Assembly: GCA_038233135.1 (NCBI GenBank) | Contig: JBBSMN010000001.1 | Span: 1 to 46,019 of the forward strand | DNA length: 46,019 nucleotides | Source of the DNA: Propionibacteriales bacterium | GTDB taxonomy: Bacteria > Actinomycetota > Actinomycetes > Propionibacteriales > Nocardioidaceae | Reading direction: 5' to 3' | Shown here: positions 8,626-17,649 of the stretch, piece after piece | Layout: every line of letters begins with the position of its first letter | How positions within the stretch are numbered: the first letter of the stretch is position 1 | Made by a program: the position numbers and the translations under genes | Notes under the pieces: generated by a model | Database searches by the model: none | The model's input: only the letters and a program-made list of their open reading frames with translations | What the model was told of the DNA's origin: nothing

Positions 8626-9438
8626 ATGCCCCCTGCCCGGACCGGGTCATGCTTGCCTGCGCGGCGCCCACCGGTGCGTCACGGACGCCACCGACGCAAC
8701 ACCAGACGCGCTCGGCTGTCGGCCGCATTGCCGGCGGCAACGGCCCTTGCCCTGATGGGCGGCGCCAGCGCGGTCAACGAGGTCGGCGTGCGGGAACTGC
8801 CGGTCACCATCGATGCGGTGGCCCAGGTGACGAGCCCCCGGGTGAGCACGGCCGTTCCGAGGATAAGCCGCGCAGGCGGCCGTGTAGGTCTACCCATCCC
8901 CAACGCGAAACCAGCAGCGAAGTCGTCGGCGAGATCGGCCATAACCAAGAAAAGGGACAGACCTGAGAGTCGGCGCACGTCGGATGTGCGGTCGACAAGG
9001 TCGGCACGTGATCGCGACCGGCACGAAGCCAAACGTTGGGTGCTCCCGGTCACGGGATACCGACTCAGTGCGCGCTTCGGTGACGCTGGCTCGCTGTGGG
9101 CAGATGGCACCCACAGCGGTCTGGATCTGGCCGCTCCCGAGGGTAGACCTATCAGATCGATCGCCCGCGGAGTCGTGACCATCGCCGGCTACAGCCCACG
9201 AGCCACCTGGGCCGGCAATCTCGTGGTCGTGCGGCTCGAGGATGGCCGTACGGTCTGGTATGCGCACCAGAGCAGCGTCGCGGTGGCCCCCGGTCAGCGC
9301 GTGAACGCCGGAGAGCTCATCGGTTACGTCGGCTCCACCGGCAACAGCTCAGGTGCACATCTGCATCTGGAGTTGCAGGTGCAGGGGCAAGCCGTTGACC
9401 CCGAGAAGGCATTGGTCCGACACGGCCTTGCCCCCTGA
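8626..9438 (+). CDS. M23-family metallopeptidase (secreted peptidoglycan hydrolase)
   Basis: 'HSGLDLAAP' (HxxxD) and 'GSTGNSSGAHLHLEL' (HxH) in the C-terminal domain. The N-terminus is basic then hydrophobic ('ALPAATALALMGGASA'). GAGGA lies 9 nt upstream of the ATG. Confidence 0.85.
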   Translation: MPPARTGSCLPARRPPVRHGRHRRNTRRARLSAALPAATALALMGGASAVNEVGVRELPVTIDAVAQVTSPRVSTAVPRISRAGGRVGLPIPNAKPAAKSSARSAITKKRDRPESRRTSDVRSTRSARDRDRHEAKRWVLPVTGYRLSARFGDAGSLWADGTHSGLDLAAPEGRPIRSIARGVVTIAGYSPRATWAGNLVVVRLEDGRTVWYAHQSSVAVAPGQRVNAGELIGYVGSTGNSSGAHLHLELQVQGQAVDPEKALVRHGLAP

Positions 9439-9484
9439 TCTTCAGGTCTTGCCAACTAGCCGTTAGCGGCACCACAGTGTCCCC

Positions 9485-10906
9485 ATGAGTTACCCAAGCC
9501 ATACCGATGACGCTGCACAGTCCACCGAGCTGAAGCGGGTCATGGGTCCCGGCCTGTTGCTGCTGTTCATCGTCGGCGACATCCTCGGTACCGGTGTCTA
9601 TGCGCTCACCGGGCAGGTCGCCGCCGAGGTCGGCGGAGCTGCCTGGGCCCCGTTTATGGTGGCCTTTGCGGTCGCTTTAGTGACCGCTTTCTCCTATCTT
9701 GAGCTCGTCACGAAGTATCCGAAGGCCGCGGGTGCTGCGCTTTACACGCACAAGGCCTTCGGCATCCACTTCCTGACGTTCATCGTCTGCTTCACGGTGA
9801 TGTCTTCCGGCATCACCTCGGCCTCCACCGCGTCCATCGCCTTCGCCGCAAACTTCGGCGCCGGCCTCGGTTTCGACAGCATGGTCACCGGATCAGCAAT
9901 CCTGCTGGTGGTGGCACTGGGGTTCATGCTGCTGGTGGCCGCAGTGAACCTGCGAGGGGTTGGCGAGAGCGTCAAAGCCAACGTTGTGCTGACCCTGATC
10001 GAGCTGACCGGTCTGCTGCTGGTGATCCTGGTGGGGGTATGGGTCATCGTGCAGGGCAAAGCGGACTTCGCCGCCGTCGTTGCGTTCGACACCCCCGGCG
10101 ACAAGAGTGTCTTCCTCGCCGTGACCACCGCGACGTCGCTCGCGTTCTTTGCGATGGTCGGCTTCGAGGACTCGGTGAACATGGCCGAAGAGACGCACAA
10201 CCCGTCGCAGATCTTCCCCAAGGTAATGCTGACCGGTCTGGGGATCACCGGCCTGATCTACGTGCTGGTGTCGATCTCGGCGGTGGCGATCGTGCCGGTC
10301 GGCGAGTTGGCTGAGGCAGAGTCCCCGTTGCTCGAGGTGGTTCGCGCCGGCGCCCCCGCACTGCCCATCGGCGCCATCTTCCCCTTCATCGCCATGTTCG
10401 CCGTCGCCAACTCCGCGCTCATCAACATGCTGATGGCAAGCCGGCTGCTGTACGGAATGGCGAAGCAGTCAGTACTGCCGCCGTTCCTCGGCAAGGTGCA
10501 CCGGGGCCGGCGTACGCCGTGGGCAGCGATCGTGTTCACCACCGGCATTGCCGCCGCGCTCATCGTTTACGTGAACACGCTCAGCGAAGATTCCGTGGCT
10601 ATCCTCGGCGGCACCACGTCGCTGCTCCTGCTTGCAGTGTTCGCGATCGTCAACGTCGCAGTCTTGGTGCTCCGTCGAGACCCGGTCGACCACCAGCACT
10701 TCCGCGCGCCGTCGGTGCTGCCGGTCGTCGGTTCGCTGGCTTGCGCCTACCTGGTGACCCCGCTGTCCGGGCGGGCCAGCGACGAATACGTCGTCGCCGG
10801 CCTGCTGCTGGTGATCGGGGTGGCGCTGTGGGCACTCACCTGGCTCTACAACCGGTCGATCAAGGCCGACCGCACCTTCGTCCGGGACCCGAGCGACCTG
10901 AACTAA
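9485..10906 (+). CDS. APC-family amino acid permease
   Basis: 473 aa and highly hydrophobic with about 12 predicted TM segments. The N-terminal 'LLLLFIVGDILGTGVYALTG' is typical of APC transporters. Confidence 0.85.
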   Translation: MSYPSHTDDAAQSTELKRVMGPGLLLLFIVGDILGTGVYALTGQVAAEVGGAAWAPFMVAFAVALVTAFSYLELVTKYPKAAGAALYTHKAFGIHFLTFIVCFTVMSSGITSASTASIAFAANFGAGLGFDSMVTGSAILLVVALGFMLLVAAVNLRGVGESVKANVVLTLIELTGLLLVILVGVWVIVQGKADFAAVVAFDTPGDKSVFLAVTTATSLAFFAMVGFEDSVNMAEETHNPSQIFPKVMLTGLGITGLIYVLVSISAVAIVPVGELAEAESPLLEVVRAGAPALPIGAIFPFIAMFAVANSALINMLMASRLLYGMAKQSVLPPFLGKVHRGRRTPWAAIVFTTGIAAALIVYVNTLSEDSVAILGGTTSLLLLAVFAIVNVAVLVLRRDPVDHQHFRAPSVLPVVGSLACAYLVTPLSGRASDEYVVAGLLLVIGVALWALTWLYNRSIKADRTFVRDPSDLN

Positions 10907-10921
10907 CCCCGGCGCGGGCGC

Positions 10922-12109
10922 TCAGGTGTCCTCGCCGGAGCGAGTTGGAGCCGGCGAAGCCCCCTTGGACTGCGGCCCGTCTTGCGCGGGCCTGGCACCG
11001 TCGATGCCTTCCGCGTCGGGGTGGGACGAGTCGGGGGTGTCCGTGTCGGGGGTGTCCGTGTCGGGGGTGTCCGTGTCGGGGGTGTCCGTGTCGGGGGTGT
11101 CGTCCGAATCAGTGTCCAGGATCCCGCTGCCCTGCGACGCCTTGCTCGGGTCACGCTTCACCACCACCAGACTCGCAACCGCCGTGACCCCCAGGGCGAG
11201 CACGATCACGACCAAGGACAACGAGGTGGGGATCTCCGGGATGTCGACGTGCTCACCGCCGTTGATGAACGGCAGTTCGTTCTCATGCAGTGCATGGAGC
11301 ACCAGCTTGACCCCGATGAAGGCGAGGATGGCGGCCAGTCCGTACGACAGGTAGATGAGCCGGTCGAGCAGCCCACCGAGCAGGAAGTACAGCTGCCGCA
11401 ACCCCATCAGCGCGAAGATGTTGGCCGTGAGCACGAGATACGGCTCGCTGGTCAACCCGTAGATGGCCGGGATGGAGTCCAGCGCGAACAGGATGTCGGT
11501 CGACCCGAGCGCGACGATGACGATCAGCATCGGGGTCATGACCCGGGCGCCGTTCTCGCGGACGAAGAGCTTGAGGCCGTGCCACTCCTCGGTGGACGGC
11601 ACCCTGGCCTTGATCATCGAGATGGCCCGGTTCTCCTCGTACTCGTCCTCGTCGCTGTGGTGGCGCACCAGCTGGATCGCGGTGTAGACCAGGAACGCGC
11701 CGAACAGGTAGAAGATCCACGAGATCTGGTTGATGGCGTAGGCGCCGACGCCGATGAAGATGGCGCGGAAGATCAGCGCCAGGATGATGCCGACAAGAAG
11801 GGCCTCCTGCTGATACTTCCGGGGCACTTGCAGAGCGCCCATGATGATGATGAAGACGAACAGGTTGTCCACCGACAGCGAGTACTCGGTGAGCCAGCCG
11901 GCGAAGAACTCCCCCGCATAGCGCCCGCCGTAGCCGACCCACATCCACAGCCCGAACAGCACCGCCATGGTGGTGTAGATCGAAATGTAGACCGTGCATT
12001 CCTTCATGCTCGGCTCGTGCGGGCGCCGACCCACGATGAGGACGTCGAACAACAGCACCGCGATCGTCACCCCAATGGTGAGCGACCAAACGGTCGGGGA
12101 GACCTCCAC
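10922..12109 (-). CDS. TerC-family integral membrane protein with an acidic Asp/Thr/Pro-repeat C-terminal tail
   Basis: GTG at 12109, 6 nt after GGAGGA (VEVSPTVWSLTIGVTIAVLLFD...). TerC hallmarks are 'EYSLSVDNLFVF' and 'STDILFALDSIPA'. The rest of track ORF 10922..12730 upstream is antisense to sppA and is rejected. Confidence 0.85.
   Translation of the reverse strand: MEVSPTVWSLTIGVTIAVLLFDVLIVGRRPHEPSMKECTVYISIYTTMAVLFGLWMWVGYGGRYAGEFFAGWLTEYSLSVDNLFVFIIIMGALQVPRKYQQEALLVGIILALIFRAIFIGVGAYAINQISWIFYLFGAFLVYTAIQLVRHHSDEDEYEENRAISMIKARVPSTEEWHGLKLFVRENGARVMTPMLIVIVALGSTDILFALDSIPAIYGLTSEPYLVLTANIFALMGLRQLYFLLGGLLDRLIYLSYGLAAILAFIGVKLVLHALHENELPFINGGEHVDIPEIPTSLSLVVIVLALGVTAVASLVVVKRDPSKASQGSGILDTDSDDTPDTDTPDTDTPDTDTPDTDTPDSSHPDAEGIDGARPAQDGPQSKGASPAPTRSGEDT
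11031..11101. repeat. Perfect 15-bp tandem repeat (tcgggggtgtccgtg), 4 full copies plus an 11-nt partial copy, inside the terC 3' end
   Basis: Units at 11031-11045, 11046-11060, 11061-11075 and 11076-11090 are identical. The fifth unit diverges after 11 nt. The repeat encodes the (DTPDT)n tail on the minus strand. Confidence 0.95.
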
Positions 12110-12232
12110 TGACGTTCCTCCAGGCGTTGCTTCGACGATCAGATCTGGCGGTGCTCGTGGCTGGGCTGGACGTCTCGGTCCAGCCACCCGCGTGGTGGAG
12201 CGTACCTGTACCGGCGGCGCTAGCGTGTCAGC

Positions 12233-13984
12233 ATGCACGCCGCATCGCTCATCGACCGTGCCATCCAAACCGCGGGTCGATGCCGGGCCAGGGAGCCGGT
12301 GCTGCTCGAGCTCGACTTGTCCCGGGGACTGCTGGAGGCCGGCCCGACCGATCCGTTGGCCGCCGTGCGCAGCCGCGGGGTGCCCACGCTGCGAGGCCTG
12401 GTTGACCAGCTGCGCCGGGCCACCGACGACGACCGCGTGGTCGGCCTGGTGGCCCAGGTGTCGGCCAGCGCGCTGCCCCCGTCGCATGCCGACGAGCTGG
12501 CCGAGGCGGTCGAGGCATTCGGCGCCACCGGGCGGACCACGGTGGCCTGGACCGAGTCCTTCGGCGAGGCGGGCACCGGCACCACCGGCTACCGGCTGGC
12601 GGTCGCCTTCGACACGATCTGGATGCAGCCCAGCGGCGAGCTCGGGCTGACCGGGGTCACCGGCCGCGGGCTGTTCCTGCGCGGATTGCTGGACCGGCTC
12701 GGGGTCGAACCGCAGTTCGGCCAGCGACACGAGTACAAGAACGCCGCCGACCTGTTCATGCGCGAGTCGATGTCCGACGCGCAGCGCGAGGCGCTGCAGC
12801 AGCTCGCCGACTCGGTGCTCGACGGTGTGGTTTCCGCCGCCGCCCGGCGTCGTGACCGCACCGTGCAGCAGGTGCGCGACGCGGTCGACGCGGCTCCGCT
12901 CAGCGCCCGCGACGCGGTCGAGGCGGGCCTGGTCGACCGGCTCGGCTACCGCGACGAGGTGTACGACGACCTGCGCGAGCGGTTGGGTGACGACGGGCGG
13001 CTCACCCTGCGCTACGTGCAGCGCTGGTCACCCACCGGCCCGGCACTCGCCCGCCAGCGGTTGCAGCAGCGCCACCGGCCGGTCGTCGCCTGCGTGTGTG
13101 TGCTGGGCGGGATCGGGCTCGGTCGCAGTGGCAGCAGTCCGATGGGAGGACGGCACGCCGGGTCGGACACGGTGTGCGCGGCGCTGCGCGCGGTCGGTCG
13201 GCGCGACGACGTACGCGCGGTGGTGCTGCGAGTGGTGAGCCCCGGCGGCTCGTACGTGGCGTCAGACGCGGTGCGCCGCGAGGTGCTGCAGCTACGCAAA
13301 AGCGGACGACCGGTAGTGGCATCGATGGGCAACGTGGCGGCCTCCGGTGGCTACTTCGTCGCGATGGGCTGCGACGAGATCGTCGCCACGGCCAGCACCA
13401 TCACCGGATCTATCGGGGTGCTCGCGGGCAAGTTGGTCACCGGCGCCGCGTTGGGCCGAGTGGGTATCGGGGTCGAGCCGATCGGCGCCGGCAGGCAGTC
13501 GACGATGTTCTCGCCCGACGTGCCTTTCAGCGACGAGCAGTGGCAGCGCCTGGACAGCTGGCTGGACCAGGTGTACGACGACTTCACTCACAAGGCGGCC
13601 GACGACCGCGGCGTCGCGCACGCCGAGCTCGAGCCTCTTGCCCGCGGCCGGGTCTGGACCGGCGCCGACGCCCTCGAGCGGGGGCTGGTGGACCGGCTGG
13701 GTGGCTTTCGTACCGCGGTCGAGCGGGCCGCTCAGCGGGCGGGACTGAGCGCCGACGCCATACAGGTGCAGACGGTGCCGCACCCGAACCCGCTGGAGCG
13801 GCTCCGCCTTCCCGAGTCGAGTGAGTCGGCGACCGCGTTAGCCCCGGTAGGGCTGCTCGCAGTTTCGGGCGGCGCAGCCGGCATGTCGGGGCTTGAGGGG
13901 CTGCTCGTGCGCGCCGGGCTGATGTCACACGGGGTGCTCAGCCTGCCCGGTCCCTTGGCTGGCGGGTTGGAATTGAGGCGCTGA
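12233..13984 (+). CDS. sppA: Signal peptide peptidase SppA (S49 family, two-domain 67K type)
   Basis: 583 aa with two S49 halves. The catalytic-region motif is 'GNVAASGGYFVAMGCDEIVATASTITGSIGV'. Confidence 0.85.
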   Translation: MHAASLIDRAIQTAGRCRAREPVLLELDLSRGLLEAGPTDPLAAVRSRGVPTLRGLVDQLRRATDDDRVVGLVAQVSASALPPSHADELAEAVEAFGATGRTTVAWTESFGEAGTGTTGYRLAVAFDTIWMQPSGELGLTGVTGRGLFLRGLLDRLGVEPQFGQRHEYKNAADLFMRESMSDAQREALQQLADSVLDGVVSAAARRRDRTVQQVRDAVDAAPLSARDAVEAGLVDRLGYRDEVYDDLRERLGDDGRLTLRYVQRWSPTGPALARQRLQQRHRPVVACVCVLGGIGLGRSGSSPMGGRHAGSDTVCAALRAVGRRDDVRAVVLRVVSPGGSYVASDAVRREVLQLRKSGRPVVASMGNVAASGGYFVAMGCDEIVATASTITGSIGVLAGKLVTGAALGRVGIGVEPIGAGRQSTMFSPDVPFSDEQWQRLDSWLDQVYDDFTHKAADDRGVAHAELEPLARGRVWTGADALERGLVDRLGGFRTAVERAAQRAGLSADAIQVQTVPHPNPLERLRLPESSESATALAPVGLLAVSGGAAGMSGLEGLLVRAGLMSHGVLSLPGPLAGGLELRR

Positions 13985-14024
13985 TACCGGCTCCCGGCCG
14001 CCGCCCGGACGGATCTTCCGACGC

Positions 14025-15803
14025 CTAGGACACCAGCCGCGGCGTGGTCTTCAGCAGCTCTTTGGTGTAGTCGTGGCTCGGGTGGTGGAACAGCTGCTCG
14101 GTGGCTGCGTCCTCGACAATGACTCCCTCCTGCAGCACTGCCACCTGTTGGGCGACGTTGCGCACTAGAGCGATGTCGTGGGTGACGAACAGCAGCGTCA
14201 GTCCCAGCTCGCGGCGGAACTCGTCGATCAGCCCCACCAGGTTTGCCTGCACGGACACGTCGAGCGCGCTGGTGATCTCGTCGCAGACGAGCAGCTCGGG
14301 CTCGCTGATCAGCGCCCGCGCCACCGCCACCCGCTGCCGCTCCCCGCCGGAGAGCTGGTCGGGGTAGCGCCGCGCGTATCCCGCCGACAGGTACACCCGC
14401 TCCAGCATCTCACCGACCCGCCGCTCCAGCTCCGCACCGCGCACGCTCCGCAGCACCCGCAGCGGGCGTCCGATCGAGTCCCCGACGGTGCGGCGCGGGT
14501 TGAGCGAGCTGTACGGGTTTTGGAACACGTAGGCGATTGCCGCCCGGGTCTCGCGGTCACGCTCGTGCGCGCCGAAAGGCAGCCGGTGGCCGGCGAAGAC
14601 GAGGTCCCCCGCCGCCTCTGTGTGTAACCCGGCGATCGTGCGCGCCAGCGTGGTCTTGCCCGAGCCGGACTCGCCGAGCAGCGCGACGCAGCTGCCCCGC
14701 GGGACGTCCAACGACAGCCCGTGCAGCACCGACGTGCGCCCGTACCGCGCGGTGAGGTCGTCGATGCGCAGCAACGGGTCTGACCCGATCTGCTCGCCGT
14801 GTTGTCGGTCGCGCACCTGCGCCGGCGCGACCTCCTCGGCCCGGATGCAGCGCGCCAGGTGTCCGTCGCCGACATCGCGCAACGCGGGCAGCTCGGCCTT
14901 GCACTCGTCCACGACCAGGGTGCACCGGGGCGCGAACCGGCAGCCGGACGGGCGCGTGCTCGGCGTCGGCGCCGAGCCAGGGATGCCCAAGAGCTCGCGG
15001 TCACCCGACAGGTCGGGCACGGCGGCAACCAGCCGGGACGTGTACGGGTGCCGCGGGCGGCGCACCAACTCGTCGGTGGCGGCCTGCTCCACCACGCTGC
15101 CGGCGTACAGCACGGCAACCTCGTCGGCGATGGCCGACACCACCGCGAGGTCGTGGCTAATGTAGAGCGCGGCGCAGCCGTGTTGCTTTGTCAGCCGGCG
15201 CACGGTGTCGAGCACCAGCGCCTGCGTGGTCACGTCCAGCCCCGTCGTCGGCTCGTCGAGCACCACCAGCGCTGGCCAGGTGGCGAAGGCGACGGCGATG
15301 CACACCCGCTGCTGCTGGCCGCCGGACAGCTGGTGGGGGAAGCGCCGGGTGAACTCGTCGTCGGTCGGCAGCCCGACCTCCTCAAACGCCTCGATGACCC
15401 GGGCCGCCCGCTCCTGCGGGCCCGACCCGTAGTCGTGGCAGTCGAGGATCTCGCGCACCTGACGGCCGACCCGCATGGCCGGGTCGAGCGCCGTCGTCGG
15501 GTCCTGCGGCACGTAGCTGACCCGCGAGCCGCGCCAGCGACGCAACTCGGCCGCGCCGAGCGTGGTCAGATCGGTGCCCTCCAGCAGCACCGAGCCGCCG
15601 ACGATCTCCAGCCCCCGCCGGGTGCCACCGAGCAGGGCCGTCCCGACCGTGGTCTTGCCCGACCCGGACTCCCCCACCAGCCCGAGCACGGTGCCACCCG
15701 GCGCGGACAGGTCCACGCCGTCGACGACGGGCACGCCGGCGCTGGTGGCGACCCGCAACCCCCGCACCTCCAGGCCGGCCCGCGCGCTGTCGGCAGCACT
15801 CAT
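14025..15803 (-). CDS. ABC transporter ATP-binding protein, fused double ATPase (DppD/DppF-like)
   Basis: Two Walker A motifs ('GESGSGKT' twice). Two ABC signatures ('LSGGQQQR', 'LSGGERQR'). Two Walker B motifs ('LVVLDEPT', 'LLVCDEIT'). ATGA overlap with the upstream permease at 15800-15803. Confidence 0.9.
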   Translation of the reverse strand: MSAADSARAGLEVRGLRVATSAGVPVVDGVDLSAPGGTVLGLVGESGSGKTTVGTALLGGTRRGLEIVGGSVLLEGTDLTTLGAAELRRWRGSRVSYVPQDPTTALDPAMRVGRQVREILDCHDYGSGPQERAARVIEAFEEVGLPTDDEFTRRFPHQLSGGQQQRVCIAVAFATWPALVVLDEPTTGLDVTTQALVLDTVRRLTKQHGCAALYISHDLAVVSAIADEVAVLYAGSVVEQAATDELVRRPRHPYTSRLVAAVPDLSGDRELLGIPGSAPTPSTRPSGCRFAPRCTLVVDECKAELPALRDVGDGHLARCIRAEEVAPAQVRDRQHGEQIGSDPLLRIDDLTARYGRTSVLHGLSLDVPRGSCVALLGESGSGKTTLARTIAGLHTEAAGDLVFAGHRLPFGAHERDRETRAAIAYVFQNPYSSLNPRRTVGDSIGRPLRVLRSVRGAELERRVGEMLERVYLSAGYARRYPDQLSGGERQRVAVARALISEPELLVCDEITSALDVSVQANLVGLIDEFRRELGLTLLFVTHDIALVRNVAQQVAVLQEGVIVEDAATEQLFHHPSHDYTKELLKTTPRLVS

Positions 15804-16675
15804 CCGACGACCTCTCGGTCGGTGCCCGCGGACGTGCGGGCGATGCCGTCGGCGATCAGGTTGGTGCCAACGGTCAGCAGCCCGATCGCGATCACGGGCA
15901 ACAGGACAGCCCAGGGCTGCACGGTGAAACCCAGCCGGTTCTCGTTGATCATCAGCCCCCAGTCGGCCTGGTCGGCCTGCAGGCCGGACAGACCCAGGAA
16001 GCCGAGCCCGGCCACCAGCGCCACCGAGTACGTCAACCGCAGCCCGGTCTCGACCATCAGCGGGCCGGTCACGTTGGGCAGCAGGTCACCCAGCCGTATC
16101 GACCAGCGGCGCAGCCCCATCGACTCTGCCGAGCGCACGTAGTCCCGACCCGCGACGTCGAGCACGGCTGCCCGCATCACCCGGGCCACCCGCGGTGCGT
16201 GCCCGGCCGCCACGGTGGCGACGACCGTCCACGGTTGCGGCTCGAACACGGCCAGGAAGAGCAGCGCGAGCACGATCGCCGGGAAGGCCAGCAGCACGTC
16301 GGTGGTGCGCATGAGCAGCTCGTCGACCCAGGTGCGGGAGTAGCCGGCGACGAGCGCGACGAGCAGCCCCGCACCGACGCCTGCGACGGTGCACAGCACC
16401 GACAGCAACAGCACGGAGCCGCCGCCGTACAGGAACCGCGACCACACGTCCCGTCCGAGGGTGTCGGTGCCGAACAGCGTCCCCGGTGCGTCCGGGCTGA
16501 ACGGCGCGCCGACGAACCCGGTCTCGGACTCCGGTGCCACGAACGGGCCGAACACCGCCACCAACACGACCAGCACCGTGATGACCAGGCCTGCTCGCGT
16601 CCGTCCCACCGCCAGCGACCGGCGCACCAGCCCCTGCGTCCCACCGCTCGCGGCGGTGTCCGCGGCGCTGCTCAC
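15800..16675 (-). CDS. ABC transporter permease (DppC/OppC-like)
   Basis: GTG at 16675 overlaps the stop of the preceding permease (GTGA). The product is a 291-aa multi-TM protein. The Arg-rich 90-codon extension in the track (to 16945) overlaps the upstream gene and is rejected. Confidence 0.85.
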   Translation of the reverse strand: MSSAADTAASGGTQGLVRRSLAVGRTRAGLVITVLVVLVAVFGPFVAPESETGFVGAPFSPDAPGTLFGTDTLGRDVWSRFLYGGGSVLLLSVLCTVAGVGAGLLVALVAGYSRTWVDELLMRTTDVLLAFPAIVLALLFLAVFEPQPWTVVATVAAGHAPRVARVMRAAVLDVAGRDYVRSAESMGLRRWSIRLGDLLPNVTGPLMVETGLRLTYSVALVAGLGFLGLSGLQADQADWGLMINENRLGFTVQPWAVLLPVIAIGLLTVGTNLIADGIARTSAGTDREVVG

Positions 16676-17628
16676 GAGCCGCCGCCCGTCCGCAGCCGCG
16701 GGTTCGTGAGGACCCCGACGACGTCGGCCAGCAGGTTGACTACCACGTAGAACGCCGCCACCAACATCACCAGCGCCTGCAGCGTCGGGATGTCGCGGGA
16801 GTCGACCGCGTCGACCACGCCCTCGCCGATGCCGGGATAGTCGAACAGGAACTCGACTAGCACGATCCCGCCGGCCAGCCAGGCCAGCTGCAGGGCCACC
16901 ACCTGCGCCACCGGCCCTATCGCGTTCGGTACCGCGTGCCGCCACAGCACCGTGCGTTCGGGTACCCCGTTGAGGCGGGCCTGGTGCACGAAGTCGCTGT
17001 CGAGGATCTCGAGCATGGTGGCGCGCATCATCCGGGTGATGTAGGGCGACACCGCGAGCGCCAGGGTCAGCACCGGCAGCACCAACACCTCCGGCTGCAC
17101 TAGCACCCCCTGGGTCTGGTCGACCACCGCGGGCAGCCAGCGCAGCAGTCCAGTGGAGAAGACGAACAGCAGCGCGATACCGACCACAAACTCCGGCAAC
17201 GACGCGAGCACCAGGGTGCCGAGGGAGGTCAGGTGGTCAGGCAGCCGGTCGCGGCGCAGGGCGCTCCAGGTGCCCAACGCCAACGCCACCGGCGTGGCGA
17301 TCAGCGCAGCCAGCACCATCAGCAGCAGCGAGTTCACCGACCGCTGGGCGATCAGCTCGACGACCGGGGTCTGGCTGACGACGGATTCACCGAGATCCCC
17401 GGTGACCAGGTCACCGGCCCAAGACAGGTAGCGCTGCAGTGGTGGGTCGTCCAGGTGCATCTGCGCGCGCACCGCCGCCAACCGCTCCGGGCTCGCCGTC
17501 CGCCCCAGCACGGCACGCGCAGCGTCCCCTGGCAGCAGCAGACTGGCACCGAAGACCAGAACCGACACCACGAACAGGATCAGCGCCCCGACCCCGAGCC
17601 GCCGAGCGACCAGCCGTCCCAGGCTCAC
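16672..17628 (-). CDS. ABC transporter permease (DppB/OppB-like)
   Basis: 318 aa. N-terminus 'RRLGVGALILFVVSVLVFGASLLLPGD' and C-terminus 'NLLADVVGVLTNPRLR' are typical of this family. Confidence 0.85.
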   Translation of the reverse strand: MSLGRLVARRLGVGALILFVVSVLVFGASLLLPGDAARAVLGRTASPERLAAVRAQMHLDDPPLQRYLSWAGDLVTGDLGESVVSQTPVVELIAQRSVNSLLLMVLAALIATPVALALGTWSALRRDRLPDHLTSLGTLVLASLPEFVVGIALLFVFSTGLLRWLPAVVDQTQGVLVQPEVLVLPVLTLALAVSPYITRMMRATMLEILDSDFVHQARLNGVPERTVLWRHAVPNAIGPVAQVVALQLAWLAGGIVLVEFLFDYPGIGEGVVDAVDSRDIPTLQALVMLVAAFYVVVNLLADVVGVLTNPRLRTGGGS

Positions 17629-17649
17629 CTGCCCGCCCCGCCGCCGACC

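Noticed and set aside
12110-12232. yybP-ykoY (Mn) riboswitch upstream of terC
   Set aside because: The conserved GGGGAGUAG core and the four-way-junction elements are absent, and the 123-nt space is too short once a promoter is included. Only the generic alternative hairpins are kept as a low-interest finding.
15800-16945. Long N-terminal extensions offered by the ORF track. Examples are the permease to 16945, uvrB to 25826, dxs to 42148, PAC2 to 40013, TerC to 12730 and csx17 to 2416.
   Set aside because: The extensions overlap upstream genes and are Arg/Pro/Gly-rich. In each case an internal start with an SD or a start-stop overlap reproduces the expected family N-terminus.
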